Positions 27,221 to 40,463 of a stretch of DNA of 64,000 nt are shown piece by piece. The stretch comes from the human T2T-CHM13v2.0 reference genome, Homo sapiens. The stretch lies in the NCBI RefSeq assembly GCF_009914755.1, contig NC_060927.1. One strand, written 5' to 3'. The notes under the pieces were generated by a model, which saw only the letters and a program-made list of their open reading frames with translations, did not search any database and was not told the DNA's origin. The position numbers and the translations under genes are program-made. Numbering within the stretch: the stretch's first letter is position 1; each line of letters starts with the position of its first letter.

Positions 27221-29364
27221 TTTATCATGTTTCTGTACTGGTGTGTATATCTGTATTGTGCAGTTATTCATAATTAAATATAACCTGTGGCTAGGTGTTA
27301 TTAATGGAAATGAAAACAGATTGATGACACTGAGTATCATGTGATATCACCGGTAAAACAAACAGTTAATTCTTTTTGCTGGGTATTTGGAAAACTTCAA
27401 CTTTATGCAAGAAATACATTTGTATATTTGGTTTCTGATTATCATATTTTGGGTTGTAGAACTAGTGTATAAACCCAGAGATTGTGTCTCATTAAAATTA
27501 ATCATTCAATGGATCTACTAAAATACATATGAATATTCTATTCATTTGTTTTATGCATCTTATGGCAAAATCAAACCCATTGAAAATAACTGCAGCCATC
27601 AAATATCAAAAAGCAAGAGAGGAAAAAAAAGAGAAGGCAGAATATTGGATTTATAACTTTTTCTAATTAATATGCACATATCATATGTTCAGACTCCACT
27701 AGAATAATTATTTCATTTTCAAACTTTTATGCTGCTATTATATATTTTTTCTTCTTCTACATTAGTCTTATTTTCAAAGTTACTCCTGCTATTAGTAAAC
27801 TCAGTATGACCATTCCTCTAACCATCTACAGTTCAGGAGGAAGAAAATCCCTGCAGCTGTTTGATGCCCAAGAATATGAACACTTAGCAGTCAGATGAAA
27901 GAAAAGAAAAAGACAGAAAAGGAAGATCAAGAGAACAGTGATTTTGAATTTCTGCAGGCTAGCATTTACCTCTCTCAATAAAAGGAGCTTTGTGCTCATT
28001 ATATCCCAGGACTCATCTTGCCTTCAGCTTATAGTAAACTGGCAATTTCTTTATCATTTCCTCTCTAAATTAAGGATCAAAGTTTAAACATATTCCTTTC
28101 CTTCTCTATTAGATTATGATTAAAATTACCACCTGCCTCACCTCATTCACACAATCACTCCTACTAACAAAAAAAAAGAAGGAACCCCCTAAAGTAAGGC
28201 ACAGTTAACTAGCAAAACAAAGAGTTGTGGGGAATTTCTGGTCATGGTATTTATCTGATGATTGATTTCAGAATACAGTGTTAAAGAAGCAAACAGTAAA
28301 ATCTTCTGAAAGTAATATCCTAGTAAATATTTAACTTGATATATTAGTTTGCTAATAATATTATCATCAAACTATTATTTGTTTACTGAGCATCTTCACA
28401 TGTATTCTTAGTCCTCAAGACACCCTACAAAGTGGATTCTATCCAACTTTTATGGATGAAGAAATAAGTTCACAGAGGTTGATTAATTTTCCCTAGGACT
28501 CAAAGCTATTTAATAGTTATAAGAGCTAAAATTTAATTGTATAATAAATCAATGAATGTAAGATGTATAACATATTTTAAAACTCTACATAATCATGTGT
28601 TTAACATAGAGTCTTACCTTTTGTCAAGGTACCGGGTTCCTGTTGCCCTAAACACAAAACACAATGGGGATTCTTCTGGATATTAAACACAAAGGAGCCC
28701 TGGATTCAAAACAGTGGTGAACATAAACTGATGAGCTCATATTGCCATAAGAAGAAAATCAGCTCACTTTACAATGAAAGGTACCTGGTAGTAGCAATTT
28801 TCTCCAAAGAATACACTTTCATATTTTCCTTTAATACCTATAAATGTATAATCAAAGTTTAATATGTGCTTTCAAATAACAGCAGTATGATATACTTATC
28901 AGTCTAAAACTATAGCATATTTCACAGAGACAATATTATCACCTCACTAGCTGACCAAGGCCCAGTTTGATGAGAGCTGAAAGGAATCCTGTAAGTTACA
29001 ACACACACAGTCATTTCTCAGGAGGTGGTGCAGCAGGTGCCAGAGCCTAAACTAAACCAAGATGCTCCACGAAGTCATTTGAAGGCACTTTGAAAATGAG
29101 AAGAGGTCAGAGCCTGTTGACCATCACTGTAGAGAATTCAGGAATGACTGGAGTTAGTAAAGATCTCAGCTGCAAAGGGCAAATGAATCTAGTAGTGCAG
29201 AAGAGCAGGTCATGTACATCTTGTCATCTTCAGATTCTTCACTGCCTTCTACAGTCACTGACATCTGACTTCCTTCAGAGCCCACAACTTGGCCAGGCAC
29301 TGAGAAAAAAGTACCCCATTCCACTGTGATATAAAACTTCTGCGCTGTGGGAACCAATTTTTGG

Positions 29365-31355
29365 TGTGGTTGGCCAGAGCAATTAGGCAAGAGATACAGC
29401 TAAAGGGCATCAAAACTGTAAAGGAAGAAGCCAAATTAGCCTTGTTTGCAGACAACATGATTATATACCTACAAAAACATAAAGACTCCACCCAAAAGCT
29501 GTTAGAAGTGGTAAACAAATTCAGTGAAGTTGCAGAATACAAAATCGAAATATAAAAATCTGTATGATTTATATATGCCAACAGAGAACCATCTGAAAGA
29601 TAAATCCAGAAAGCAATCCCATTTACAATACCTACAACGAATACAAAATACCTAGGAATCAATATAACCAAAGAAGTGAAAGATCTATACAAGGAAAACA
29701 ATAAAACTCTGATGAAAGAAATACAAGAGGACACCAAAAAATGGGAAGGTATTCCATGTTTACGGATTAGAAGGATTAATATTGTTAAAATGACAATACT
29801 AGCCAAGCAATTACAGACTCAATGCAATCCCTATCAAAACGCTGATTATCATATTCTTCACAGAAATATAAAAATAAATCCTAAAGTTTAAATGAAACCA
29901 CAAAAGACCCCAAATAGCCAAATAAATCTTAGCAAAAAAAAAAAAAGGAAGAAAGAAAAAAGCTGGAGGCATCATACTACCTGGCTTTAAAATGTATTAC
30001 AAAGCTATAGAAACCAAAACAGCATGGTACTGGCATAAAAACAGACACATAGACTAATGGAACAGAATGGAGAACTCAGATCTAAATACACACATTTGCC
30101 ACCAACTCATCTTCAACAAAGGTGCCAAGAACTTAAAATGGGGAAAGGACAGTCTATTCAATAAATGGTGCTGGGAAAACTGGATAACTATATGATGAAG
30201 AATGAAACTAGACCCCTAATATCTCATCATACACAAAAATCAAATCAAATGGATTAAAAACTTTAGTCTAAGACCTGAAACTATGAAAATTGTAGCAGAA
30301 AACACTGGGAAAATGCTCCAGGGCACTGGTCTCTCACATAAAGATTTCTTGTGTAAGACCTTAACATAGGCTATCAAAGCAAAAATAGACATCAGAGTAT
30401 AAATCAAGCTAAAAAGCTTCTGCACAGCAAAGGAAACAATCAACAAAGTAAACAGACAACCCATAGAATAGGAGAAAATATCTGCAAACTATCAGATAAG
30501 AGATTAATAACCATAATGTACAAAGAACTCAAATAATCAGATAGCAAAAAAATCTGACTTTAAAATGGGCGAAAGATCTGAACAGACATTTCTCAAAAGA
30601 AAACATATAAATGGCCGACAGGTGTATGAAAAAAATGCTCAATATCACTAATCATCACAGAAATGCAAATCAAAACCACAATGCAATATCATCTCACTAC
30701 AGTTAAAATAGCTTGTATCAAAAACATGGGCAGTAACAGATGCTGGTTAGGATGTGCAGAAAGGGAACACTCATACACTGTTGGTGGGAATGTAAATTAC
30801 CATAGCCACTTGGAAAAAAAAACAGTATAGAAGTTCCTCAAATAAGTTAATATATGACTATGATATAATCCACCAATGCTACTACTGGGTATATATCCAA
30901 AAGAAATAAAATCAGTATGTTGAAAAGATATCTGCACTCCCATGTTTATTGCAGCCCTATTCACAATAGCTAAAATATGGAATTAACCTAAGTGCTTATC
31001 AACGGATGAATGGATAAAGAAACTACAGTATATATACACAATGGAATATTATTCAACCATAAAAATTAATGAAATCCTATCATTGCAGCAACATGGATGG
31101 AACTGGAGACCATTATGTTAAGTGAGATAAGCCAAGTACAGAAAGGCAAATATCACATGCTCTCACTCATATGCAGAAGCTAAAAAAGTGTTTCTCAGGA
31201 AGACAGAAAGTAGATTGGAGGTTACCAGAGGCTGGGAAGGACAGTGGGGAAGGAAGATAAAGGAGGAAAATATATATAAATTTATTTATTACCACTGAAC
31301 TGTGGTTAAAAATGGTAAAAATGGTGAATTATATATGTACATTTTACCTCAATAC
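29365..31355 (+). mobile_element. 5'-truncated L1MA-type element
   Basis: ORF2 RT remnant LARAIRQEIQLKGI..KEEAKLALFADNMI through the 3' UTR ending TTTTACCTCAATACA. Confidence 0.9.
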
Positions 31356-31839
31356 AATTTTTTTTTAATTTCTTGGAGTGGTTGCTAACGTACCAAATCC
31401 AAATTACTTTCTAATTTTAATAGATACCAATGTGAAAATTATTTTATTTCTAACCAAGTAGAGCTCTTCACTGTAATTGTAATACTTAACATATAATATT
31501 TATCATAAAACCCCTTCTCCCATTCTTGGACACACAGCTACAACTTGACATCAGATTCTCTCAAACTGACTATTCCTTCAGAGATCAAACTTTTAGTCTC
31601 TGATGAGTATGAAAGTATCTAATTAAGAAGCTATTTTCTTGATTTATTCTGGTCATCTTTAGCTCTTTAATTGAGCATATATTCCCCTTACCCAGATTGT
31701 CACATGAAACCTCTAGTAACTACTCCTGTTCCCTGTTCATCTACCCTAGTAATCCAGACATTTTTAGCTCCAGGTGAATTGACCATAGACTCACTGGTAT
31801 GGCACAAAGGAAAAATGAAGTCAGAAGATATTCACTCAG

Positions 31840-33530
31840 CCACTGGCTCATTCAAGTATTACACTAAGTATTTACTGTGAGGCAGGTCCAGTTCTACAGA
31901 CTGAGGAATACAACAGTGAATAAATAATATAGACATAGTACCCACTTATGAGAGCAAACAATCTAGTGGGGGATACAAAGAGTAGAAAGACAACTGTATT
32001 ACAGTGGATGAGCATGCATAGGATAGTGGTCCAAGGTGGCAGAAAAGAAGAGGGACCCCTCAACCAGCCCAGAAGAAGCTTTGAGACAGGGCGAAGTCAG
32101 AGAAGGCATATAATATATCTCTAAGCTGTGTCCCAAAACATGTATAGGAACTATCCTAAGGTAGAAGCAAAGAATGCTTAGGCAGAAGCAATAGCATGTA
32201 CAAAAGCACAGCTTCACTGAGGGCTAAACCAAAACATGTGGCATCCAAGACAGGATAATATGATGTCACACTTTCCAGCTGATACTCAAACATTTGTTAA
32301 ATGTTTCTCTTTCATGGGGTAGAGAAATTGTTTTATATTAAGAAAATATTAAATACAGGAAAAGATTCACTTATTTAACCCACTCCTACTAAGCTAAATC
32401 TGTCACTCTTCTGATAAAGATTAGAAAATTTTTCTAATTCTTCATCTTTCTTATCTTTTATTCAGTGATTTTTCCAGATGCCCCAATTTCTTGTGTGTGG
32501 ACAAAATAAGAAATGAAAATCTTCAATATTCAAGAAAAAAGGAATGCATGTGGGAAATGGATATCATGTTTCTAATTTATTTTACTGGTATTCTGGTACC
32601 TTTACAGAATGGTCCCCAGAGATCCAAGCTGCCCTCTCCCTTTATGGCCCTCTGGTTAGATGGTACCGAGAGGGAGGCTGAAAAGGTCAACAGGGACCAG
32701 ATAATGCAGAATCTTCTAAGTTATGGGAAGGAGGCTGTACAGAACTCAAGAGAAATGAGGAATGGTTGAAAGGGTTTAAGCAGAGGAGTACCATGATCAG
32801 ATTTGTTTATTTCAAAATCCATTCTACTTACTCTGTTTGGAATGAAGAGGAGTGGAGAAGTTAGAATGGAGTGAAGATTTGAAAAAAGAACAACAGCTAT
32901 GAGGTTGTTTCTGTAAACCATACTAGAGATGCTAGCAACCTGAACTAGGATGGCAGCAGTAGGAAGGCAGCATGCTACATACTTAAAAGTTAGGGGCTAC
33001 AATTGACTAGACTCAAAGGTCTAGGAGGAGACGGGAGTAATTAGAAATCACTCGTTACCTTTTAGGTTTGAGCAGCTGGTAGAGGAAGATTCCAGACACT
33101 GCGATTGGGTTGACAGGGACAAACATGTTTGGAATGAAAATCTGTTAAGTTCAGTTTTATACATGTTGAGATTTGTATTTATAAAACATCAAAATGAAGA
33201 TATAAATAAGTCCAAGATAAGGAGAAAGATCTAGAGTGGAGACAGATGTGGGCAGCCTCAGTAGATAGATGGAATCCATGGGATGGATGAGAATGTCTAG
33301 GGAGAAAATATACAATAGAAATACATAAATGATCCCAGGGAAGAACCTTGAAAATCTCTTACATTAAATGGTCAAAAAGAGGCTGAGAAAATGAAAGAAA
33401 AGCAAGATTATGGCTTCAAAGAGCCAAGAAATAGTCCAACATGTACAATGCTAGAGATAAAGAAAAGAGGGATCCCTAAATTATCATGAAGTTGTCTGTG
33501 AACTGGTTGAGAACAGTTTCAGTAAAGAAA
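31840..33530 (-). mobile_element. L2 fragments
   Basis: Antisense L2 motifs (GAATACAACAGTGAATAA, GGGTTTAAGCAGAGGAGT, GTTCAGTTTTATACATGTTGAG). Confidence 0.65.
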
Positions 33531-33559
33531 GATTAATCACAGTTGCAGCACTTACTTAT

Positions 33560-33720
33560 GCCATATATGCTCAAGCCCATCACTTAGTTTCTTCATCTGC
33601 AAAACAGGAAAAATGCCCACCGTCTGTCTACCTCATGGTTTTGTTATGAGGATTACATTAAATACCGGATCTGAAAGTACTTTATAAACATTAAACAGAG
33701 GGTATAAAGTAGTATTATTA
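33560..33720 (+). mobile_element. MIR fragment
   Basis: CTTAGTTTCTTCATCTGCAAAA...GTTATGAGGATTA. Confidence 0.6.
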
Positions 33721-34260
33721 AATTGTGTTGTTTTGACAATGTTCACAAATGCCAATTCTCTGTTTCACCCACATGGCAAGCTGATGGGCACTGGCCAATG
33801 TAACGTATCAGCAGAATGGACTCACTGCTAGGCAAAAGCTGTAAGAAATAGTGCATAGTTCAACATGCTTCTCTTTGCACTGTGACCACCTCTACAGAAG
33901 CATGTTTCAAAACAAATCCTTCATAAGCCTAGATTTTTGAGTGACTGCCATGAGGAGGGCCCTCTGGCTGACTCATGCTGACATGTAATATGGGAACAAT
34001 TAAATGTTGTTTTAAAGCACTAAGATTTTGGAATTATAACAACTAATTGTAGTGTAACAACAAGTAAATAACTAAATAAAAGGTAGAAAAATCAAGTGGA
34101 AAATGCTATTTTGGGAGGTCATCAATGAGACAACATGGAGGTGGTCAGTCATGCTAATAATGTACTAATTTTTATTTTATAGCAGAGTAACTCATTAATC
34201 CTCTACACTTGATTCAAAATTCTCACAGGTACAGAAGGTGAAAAGAACAACTAATGAAGG

Positions 34261-34604
34261 TGATATGGTTTGGTTGTGTCCCCACTCAGATCTCATCTTG
34301 AATTCCCACGTGTTGTGGGAGGGACCTGATGGGAGGTAACTGAATCATGGGGGCAGGTCTTTCCCACGCTGTTCTCCTGATAGTAAGTAAGTCTCACGAG
34401 ACCTGATGGTTTTAAAAAGGGGAGTTTCCCTGCACAAGCTCTCTTCTCTTGTCTGCCACCATGTGAGACATGACTTTCACCTTCTGCCATGATTGCGAGG
34501 CATCCTCAGCCACTTGGAACTGTAAGTCCAATAAACCTCTTCCTTTTGTAAATTGCCCAGTCTCAGGTATGTCTTTATCAGCAGCATGAAAACGGACTAA
34601 TACA
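34261..34604 (+). mobile_element. THE1A/B solo LTR
   Basis: TGATATGGTTTGG...GGACTAATACA; perfect TSD GAAGG. Confidence 0.93.
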
Positions 34605-36385
34605 GAAGGGGAAAAGGCCAAGGTAAAGAAGGGAAGGAACATCCAAAACATCCTAAGGGAACATCCAAAAAATTTCAAATCAAAAGATATCTGTTGGGGA
34701 AGGATGAGACAGTCCATCAAAGAGAAATTTCCTTCTTCATCACCTTAATTATATACTGTTGTTTGTACCTCAAATTTTCTTCACTCCTTAGTAAGCATAC
34801 TTTGCACCTAAGTGTTTGACTGGTTATGTATTTGTGTTAGGCCAAAGACACACAGTCCAAATGGATTATCAGAAATAAATGGAAAATTGGACAAGGAACT
34901 AAGACCAGATTGTATGAAGGAAAAATGTTTTATTCTTCAAGTGTTAACAATAGAAGTTACCACTAACAAATGCCAAATTACTATTTGATATGCCTAAATG
35001 GAACATGTATGCTAGCAAATGGCCATTACTCAGAACCAAGGACAAAAGTAAAATCCGGGTCAGAGTGAGGCATGAGGGCCCACTGGACGAGACTTTTCAC
35101 CAAGCACACTGGATTCTCTTCCCTTCTTTATCTTGGCCTTTGTTCCCTTCATTAGTTTTGGCAAACCATGAAAGAAGATTATAAATGCTTCAATCCCAGT
35201 GGAGTTGGAAATAAAGTACATGAAAGAAACACTTAATAAAGAATGTTAATCTGTTTGTGTCATTTAAAAAAAAAAGGAAGGGGGTGTAGATAAAACATTT
35301 CCACAACTCTTCTTTAATAAATATCTTAAGTGTCCTTTTACAAAGCACACAGGTAAATTAATGTCATGGTTACAAGGACATCAAAAAAAAAATCTAACCA
35401 CTACCTTTAATCACTATCTTTTGTTCTAAATTTTTTCTGACTATTTCTAAATCAAATCCAACCTTAAACCTATGACGATTATGCACTAAGTTTCTCTGAA
35501 AGCATATACTGTAAATTCTGAAAACAATTTCACAAGGCTGCTCCTCATATGGTTTATATAAGAGCATAATCATCTGATTAAGTGAGGGACAGCTCAAGGT
35601 GATTATTTTACAGAGGCCTCATTCACTACTATATACAAGCTCAAGAATGAAACTTCACATCCCTTACAATCCCTAGAGCAGTGTTTTATTTATAGGAGTT
35701 CCTCAATAAACACTTGCTGATTTGAATGCATTTAATACCTGAAAATGCTAGGACACAAACAATTTGCTGGGCTTTTTTCAAACTCCAAATCAACCCATTT
35801 TCATTACTCTCAACGCTCCTTCATGCCAGTTAACTAGTTGGATGTTTTCCATCACTCGAAAAATTGGCCATGTATATTCTGTTGCCAGGATAGTTTCCAT
35901 TCTGCAGTGTCTCTCCTAAAAGGGGAGAAACTATTAAATCAAAATGGGGTAACCTCACAAGTATAACTATTACAACTTGTATAATAGCTCTTTTACTTCA
36001 AACAACAACGACAACAGAAAAAGACCTGTACCTTTTTAGTGGAACTTATGAATAGAATTATTAGCCCAGTAACTAAAGTTGTATGGTACACAATGGTAGA
36101 AGACAAGCTAAAACGACATTGGCCTGTAAAAGTTGCTTTCCTGACCTTTCTCCCTCTTCAAGATGGTTAAAGTCACACACGGACAAATGTTGATGTACAT
36201 TTAACTTCTCAATGTTGATCCAAGGGGAGAAAAAATTGATCAATGTAGGTGTAATCTTCCCCTAAATGAGGAATATTAGCAAGGAAAAAACAAAAGGATA
36301 TAGTGTCTGCCTGAAGGAATCCTCTTAGATATAAAATCACAACATTTGCTATGAAATAAACTAGAAAGTTTTAAATGCGTAATTA

Positions 36386-36518
36386 CACGTGCCAGGAGTT
36401 ATGCCCACGTTACTCCACAGGCCCACGCTAGTGGGTGCCAAAGTCAGAAAACCTGCAGCGGCGGTGAGTCACTCCCCAGCAGCACTCTGGGGAATAAGTG
36501 TTGGAGCCACAGCACGTA
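36386..36518 (-). promoter_or_regulatory. Cluster of RCGTG (HRE/E-box) cores plus an AP-1 site at the start of intron 1
   Basis: CACGTG 36386-36391, CACGT 36406-36410, CACGC 36424-36428, TGAGTCA 36465-36471, CACGTA 36513-36518. Confidence 0.45.
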
Positions 36519-36765
36519 CCCTATGGCGCAAGACCGCTGATTAGAACAGAGGGGAAAGGGGATGAGGAAAGAAGTTTCTTCAGCGCCCGCTCCGGGCACC
36601 AGCGCTGTCAAACCTGCCACTACGGAAGCCACAGAACCCGGTTACCCGAGTCACCCCGAGCCCCGCCCACTCAGGTTCCTCCCCGCCTGGGGCGGGGTTG
36701 GCGCGCGAGGGCCGAGGGGCGGCCCGTGTCCCGAGACGGCTCCTGGGAGGCGGGCTGCCTGTCTA

Positions 36766-37097
<332 letters not shown>

Positions 37098-38369
37098 GCC
37101 GGGACGGAAGGCCTCCTGCCCTTTCTCCCCCCGCCAGCGGGGAGGAGCGGATCCCGGGGTGATGCCGGGACGCACGTCCGGAGCGGGTAGGAGGCACCGA
37201 GGCCTCTCCGCCCACTCACGCGGCTGGCACCTGGAGGCCGCAGGGACCTGCCCTTTCCTCCCCTTAACGGTTTTTTCCTGCTGGCGGAGGTCATTCTAGG
37301 AGGTGGGTCCCAAGCTGACCTCGCTCAGCCTTGGCCTTCCTCACCCTGACATATTCTTGGCTTTTCTTTACCCACTTAAGCACCCACTGACAGCGACCCC
37401 TTCAAATTGGACATAAGGGGTTTTTTTGGAAAGGACCGTATTTCTCAAAGTTCTGAGACTTTTGAGGGGCAGTATTTCAAACATATCATGTAAATTCACA
37501 GAGAGGGGAACAGTCAAGTGTAGCTAGAGTACTACTGCTGAAAATGTTAATACCTCTTACAACCAGGACTCTCCTAAGTTTGCCAGGTCACGTGAATTTA
37601 AAATTAACCAAGACACAGAATCCTGGAATACCGTTGGAATTCTGCTGTTCTGGTACTCTTTTCTGCATTACCAACAGCTAAGAATTTTAGCCATGGGAAG
37701 AACTTTTCTCATTCTCCGTAAGGCCAAAAAGGAAAAGGCATTTGCCTGTGTTTATAATTGTTAACAAGCTTTTCAACGATTAAACTACCTTTGATAACAC
37801 AAATGATATCATTGAATTGGAACTCCACTCTGCCACTTACAGTGATAAGGCAAGAAACCTCTCTTCCTCTTGGCTTGGGAAGCTCCCACTTGGAATTCCC
37901 TTCTTTTATTGCCATTAACTGACTAGCTTCTATTTCAATAATTGCTTTTTAGGAATACAGAGTTGGACTCCAAGAGAGATGGACCCACCAAACCCAGGAG
38001 GGTCCAAGCTGCTTTACACCTAGAAACTAGAGAGGATTGAGGATATTTTTCTTGTTAAAACCCAGAACTGGAGGATCCTAGGGGTTATGGAGGAGAAACA
38101 GTATTAATCAGCCGTGGGCCTTGAATTTTAAAATATTTCAAAGGAAAGTTTTTATAAGGGGTTTCATAGACTTGAAAGATAAGTGGATATGAAGACAGAC
38201 CTCAGTGTGAAAAAGTGAAGGACTTGAACGACTTTAAGACGTGCCTTGTTTTCCATAAAGATGACAAAAAACTGCTGCAGACATTTGTAAAATATAAAGC
38301 ACTAAAAAAGGAAGAAAATTAAAAAAAAATAAAAACCCGAAGCAGGACAACTATTAATAACAGACCCAC

Positions 38370-39250
38370 AGATCTACATCTCCAAGCCTAAACTTTTTTC
38401 AGAAACCCAGGCTTGTATCACTGCCTGTCTACTGAGATTTCCATTTAGCTGGCTAGGAGACCTAAACAAACTGTCTGCAAAACGTGACCTAGAATCCGTC
38501 TTCTCATCCTTCCTGCTGTCACTCTTATGCAGGCCACTGTTTTCCTTCACTTGGACCAGAATGTAGCTCTCTAACTGACTTCCCCTCTTCTACTCTTTCT
38601 CACCTCTACTCCATTCTCTGTACCAGTGTTTCTCACACTTTAATGTGCATATGAATCACCTAGGGATCTTAATTGAGTTCCGATGTGGTGCTTCAGATTG
38701 CATTTTTAACAAGCTCAGAAGTGATTCTGATGCTGGTGGTTGGGGACACAGTTTGGTGAGACTCTACACTGAGTAAATCAGACGATGTCATTTAGCAACT
38801 TAAATAGCATAGTATTTCACTTAGGGTAAAATAGAAACAGCTTATCATTCTCTAACAAGGCTTGTATAATCTGGACCCTGACTACCTTTCCAGCCACTTT
38901 TCTCATCATTTTCCAGTTTTACTATGCTCTAGTCACACTGACTTTCCTGGAACTCAGTGAATTTGTTGTATAATAGCCTCTAAGATTATTTGCTTGCTGT
39001 TCTCTCTGTTGGAAATTTTCAGGGAGCTGAGCTCTACTTGCTTAATTTTTTCCAAGCCTTCATTCCAGCCTCAGCAAAAATGTCACCTCATACCTGAGAA
39101 ACTTCTGATTATAGACTCCTCAGTGTCTTCTGTATAACTTCAATCTCTTCTATGCAACAGTTAACAGAATCTAGGTGTTTGTTTTTCTCCTATTTATTGA
39201 CCTTTCCCTTTAGAACCTAAGCTCCCCACGAGCACGATCCTAGCGTACAT
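38370..39250 (+). mobile_element. L2 fragment containing a MER5 insertion (~38624-38761)
   Basis: L2 motifs; CAGTGTTTCTCACACTTTAATGTGCATATGAATCACC with TSD-like CTCTGTAC/CTCTACAC. Confidence 0.6.
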
Positions 39251-39269
39251 ATCTGCCTACCTAGGTGGT

Positions 39270-39960
39270 TCACCATTGAGCACATATTTATTGAAGTCCC
39301 ATGTGCCGGCCATTTTCCCACGTACTGTGGATAAATGATAAGACAAGTCCCAGTTGTCATACTCTATTGGGGGTAGGAGGGAGAGGAGACACAATTACCA
39401 GTGAAATACATAAAATAATACAAAACAATGTCAGATAGTGGTAAGTGCATTGTCGAGAATTAAAACTGAGCAAATATCTGTGTTAGTTCCGGTCGTCAAG
39501 AAAGGCCGTTCAGAACTGACATTTAAGCTGAAGTGTGATGACAAGAAGAAATGAGCCATGAGAGGAAGAGCATTCCAGAATGGCAGAGTTCGTGCAATGG
39601 AGGAATTGAATTGGTCTTTTAAAAAAAAAAAAAAATCTAGCATACCCGGTGTGTAATGAGGAGTGGCAGGAATTGTGGTGCAAGAGCTAGGCAGCTGTTC
39701 GTTCATATAGGCCCTTTAATGTCCATTTAAGGGATGCTATTGGAGAGTTTTCAGCAGAACACTGATATGATATGGTTTAATTATTAAAATATTCTATGTG
39801 GCAAATGAATTATAAGGATACAAGAATGGCAATAGGGGTGCCATTCTTGTGGGAGACAAGGGAGACAATTAGGAGGTGATTAACATTGCCTAGGCATGAA
39901 ATGATGATGGCTTGGTCTGGGGTAGCAGATAAAATGATGAAATAAAGATTTGGGATGCAT
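39270..39960 (-). mobile_element. L2 fragment
   Basis: ACATATTTATTGA..CCCATGTGCCGG and GACATTTAAGCTGA antisense L2 motifs. Confidence 0.65.
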
Positions 39961-40002
39961 GATATAATGAATGCCTAAACTATTATGAAGTCATTTAGTG
40001 TC

Positions 40003-40463
40003 TGTATTAGTTACCTAGGGCTGTAGTGATTAAGTACCACACACTAGGTAATTTAAGCAACAAAAATTTGTCACCTTACCCTAGTTCTAGGGGCTAAAAA
40101 TCAAGGTGTCCACAGGTTTGGTTCTTTCTGGGGGCTCTGAAGGAGAATTATTCCATGCCTCTCTCCTAGCTTCTGGTGATGGCCAGCAATCTTTGGCATT
40201 TCTTGGCTTATAGTTGCATCATTTGGATCTCTGCCTCCATTGTGACATGGCATTTTCCTGTGTCTCTGTCTCTTCACATAGTGTTCTTTTTATTAGGTCA
40301 CCAGCCTTATTGAATGAAGGACACACCCTATTTCAGTATGACCTCATCTTAACTAATTATATCTGCAATTATTATATTTCCAAATAAGGTCATATTCTGA
40401 GGTAATGTTAGGTTAAGACTTCAGTGTATCTTTTTGTGGAGAAATACAATTCAACCCATAACA
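40003..40463 (-). mobile_element. MLT1B/C solo LTR
   Basis: TGTATTAGTT...AGTATGACCTCATCTTAACTAATTA...CAATTCAACCCATAACA. Confidence 0.85.

Noticed and set aside
29255-30464. 183-aa and neighbouring ORFs
   Set aside because: Sense and antisense readings of decayed L1 ORF2
33967-33976. ARE-like ATGAGTCAGC (also TGACTCAGC at 8004)
   Set aside because: Isolated matches in old repeat-derived sequence with no supporting motif cluster
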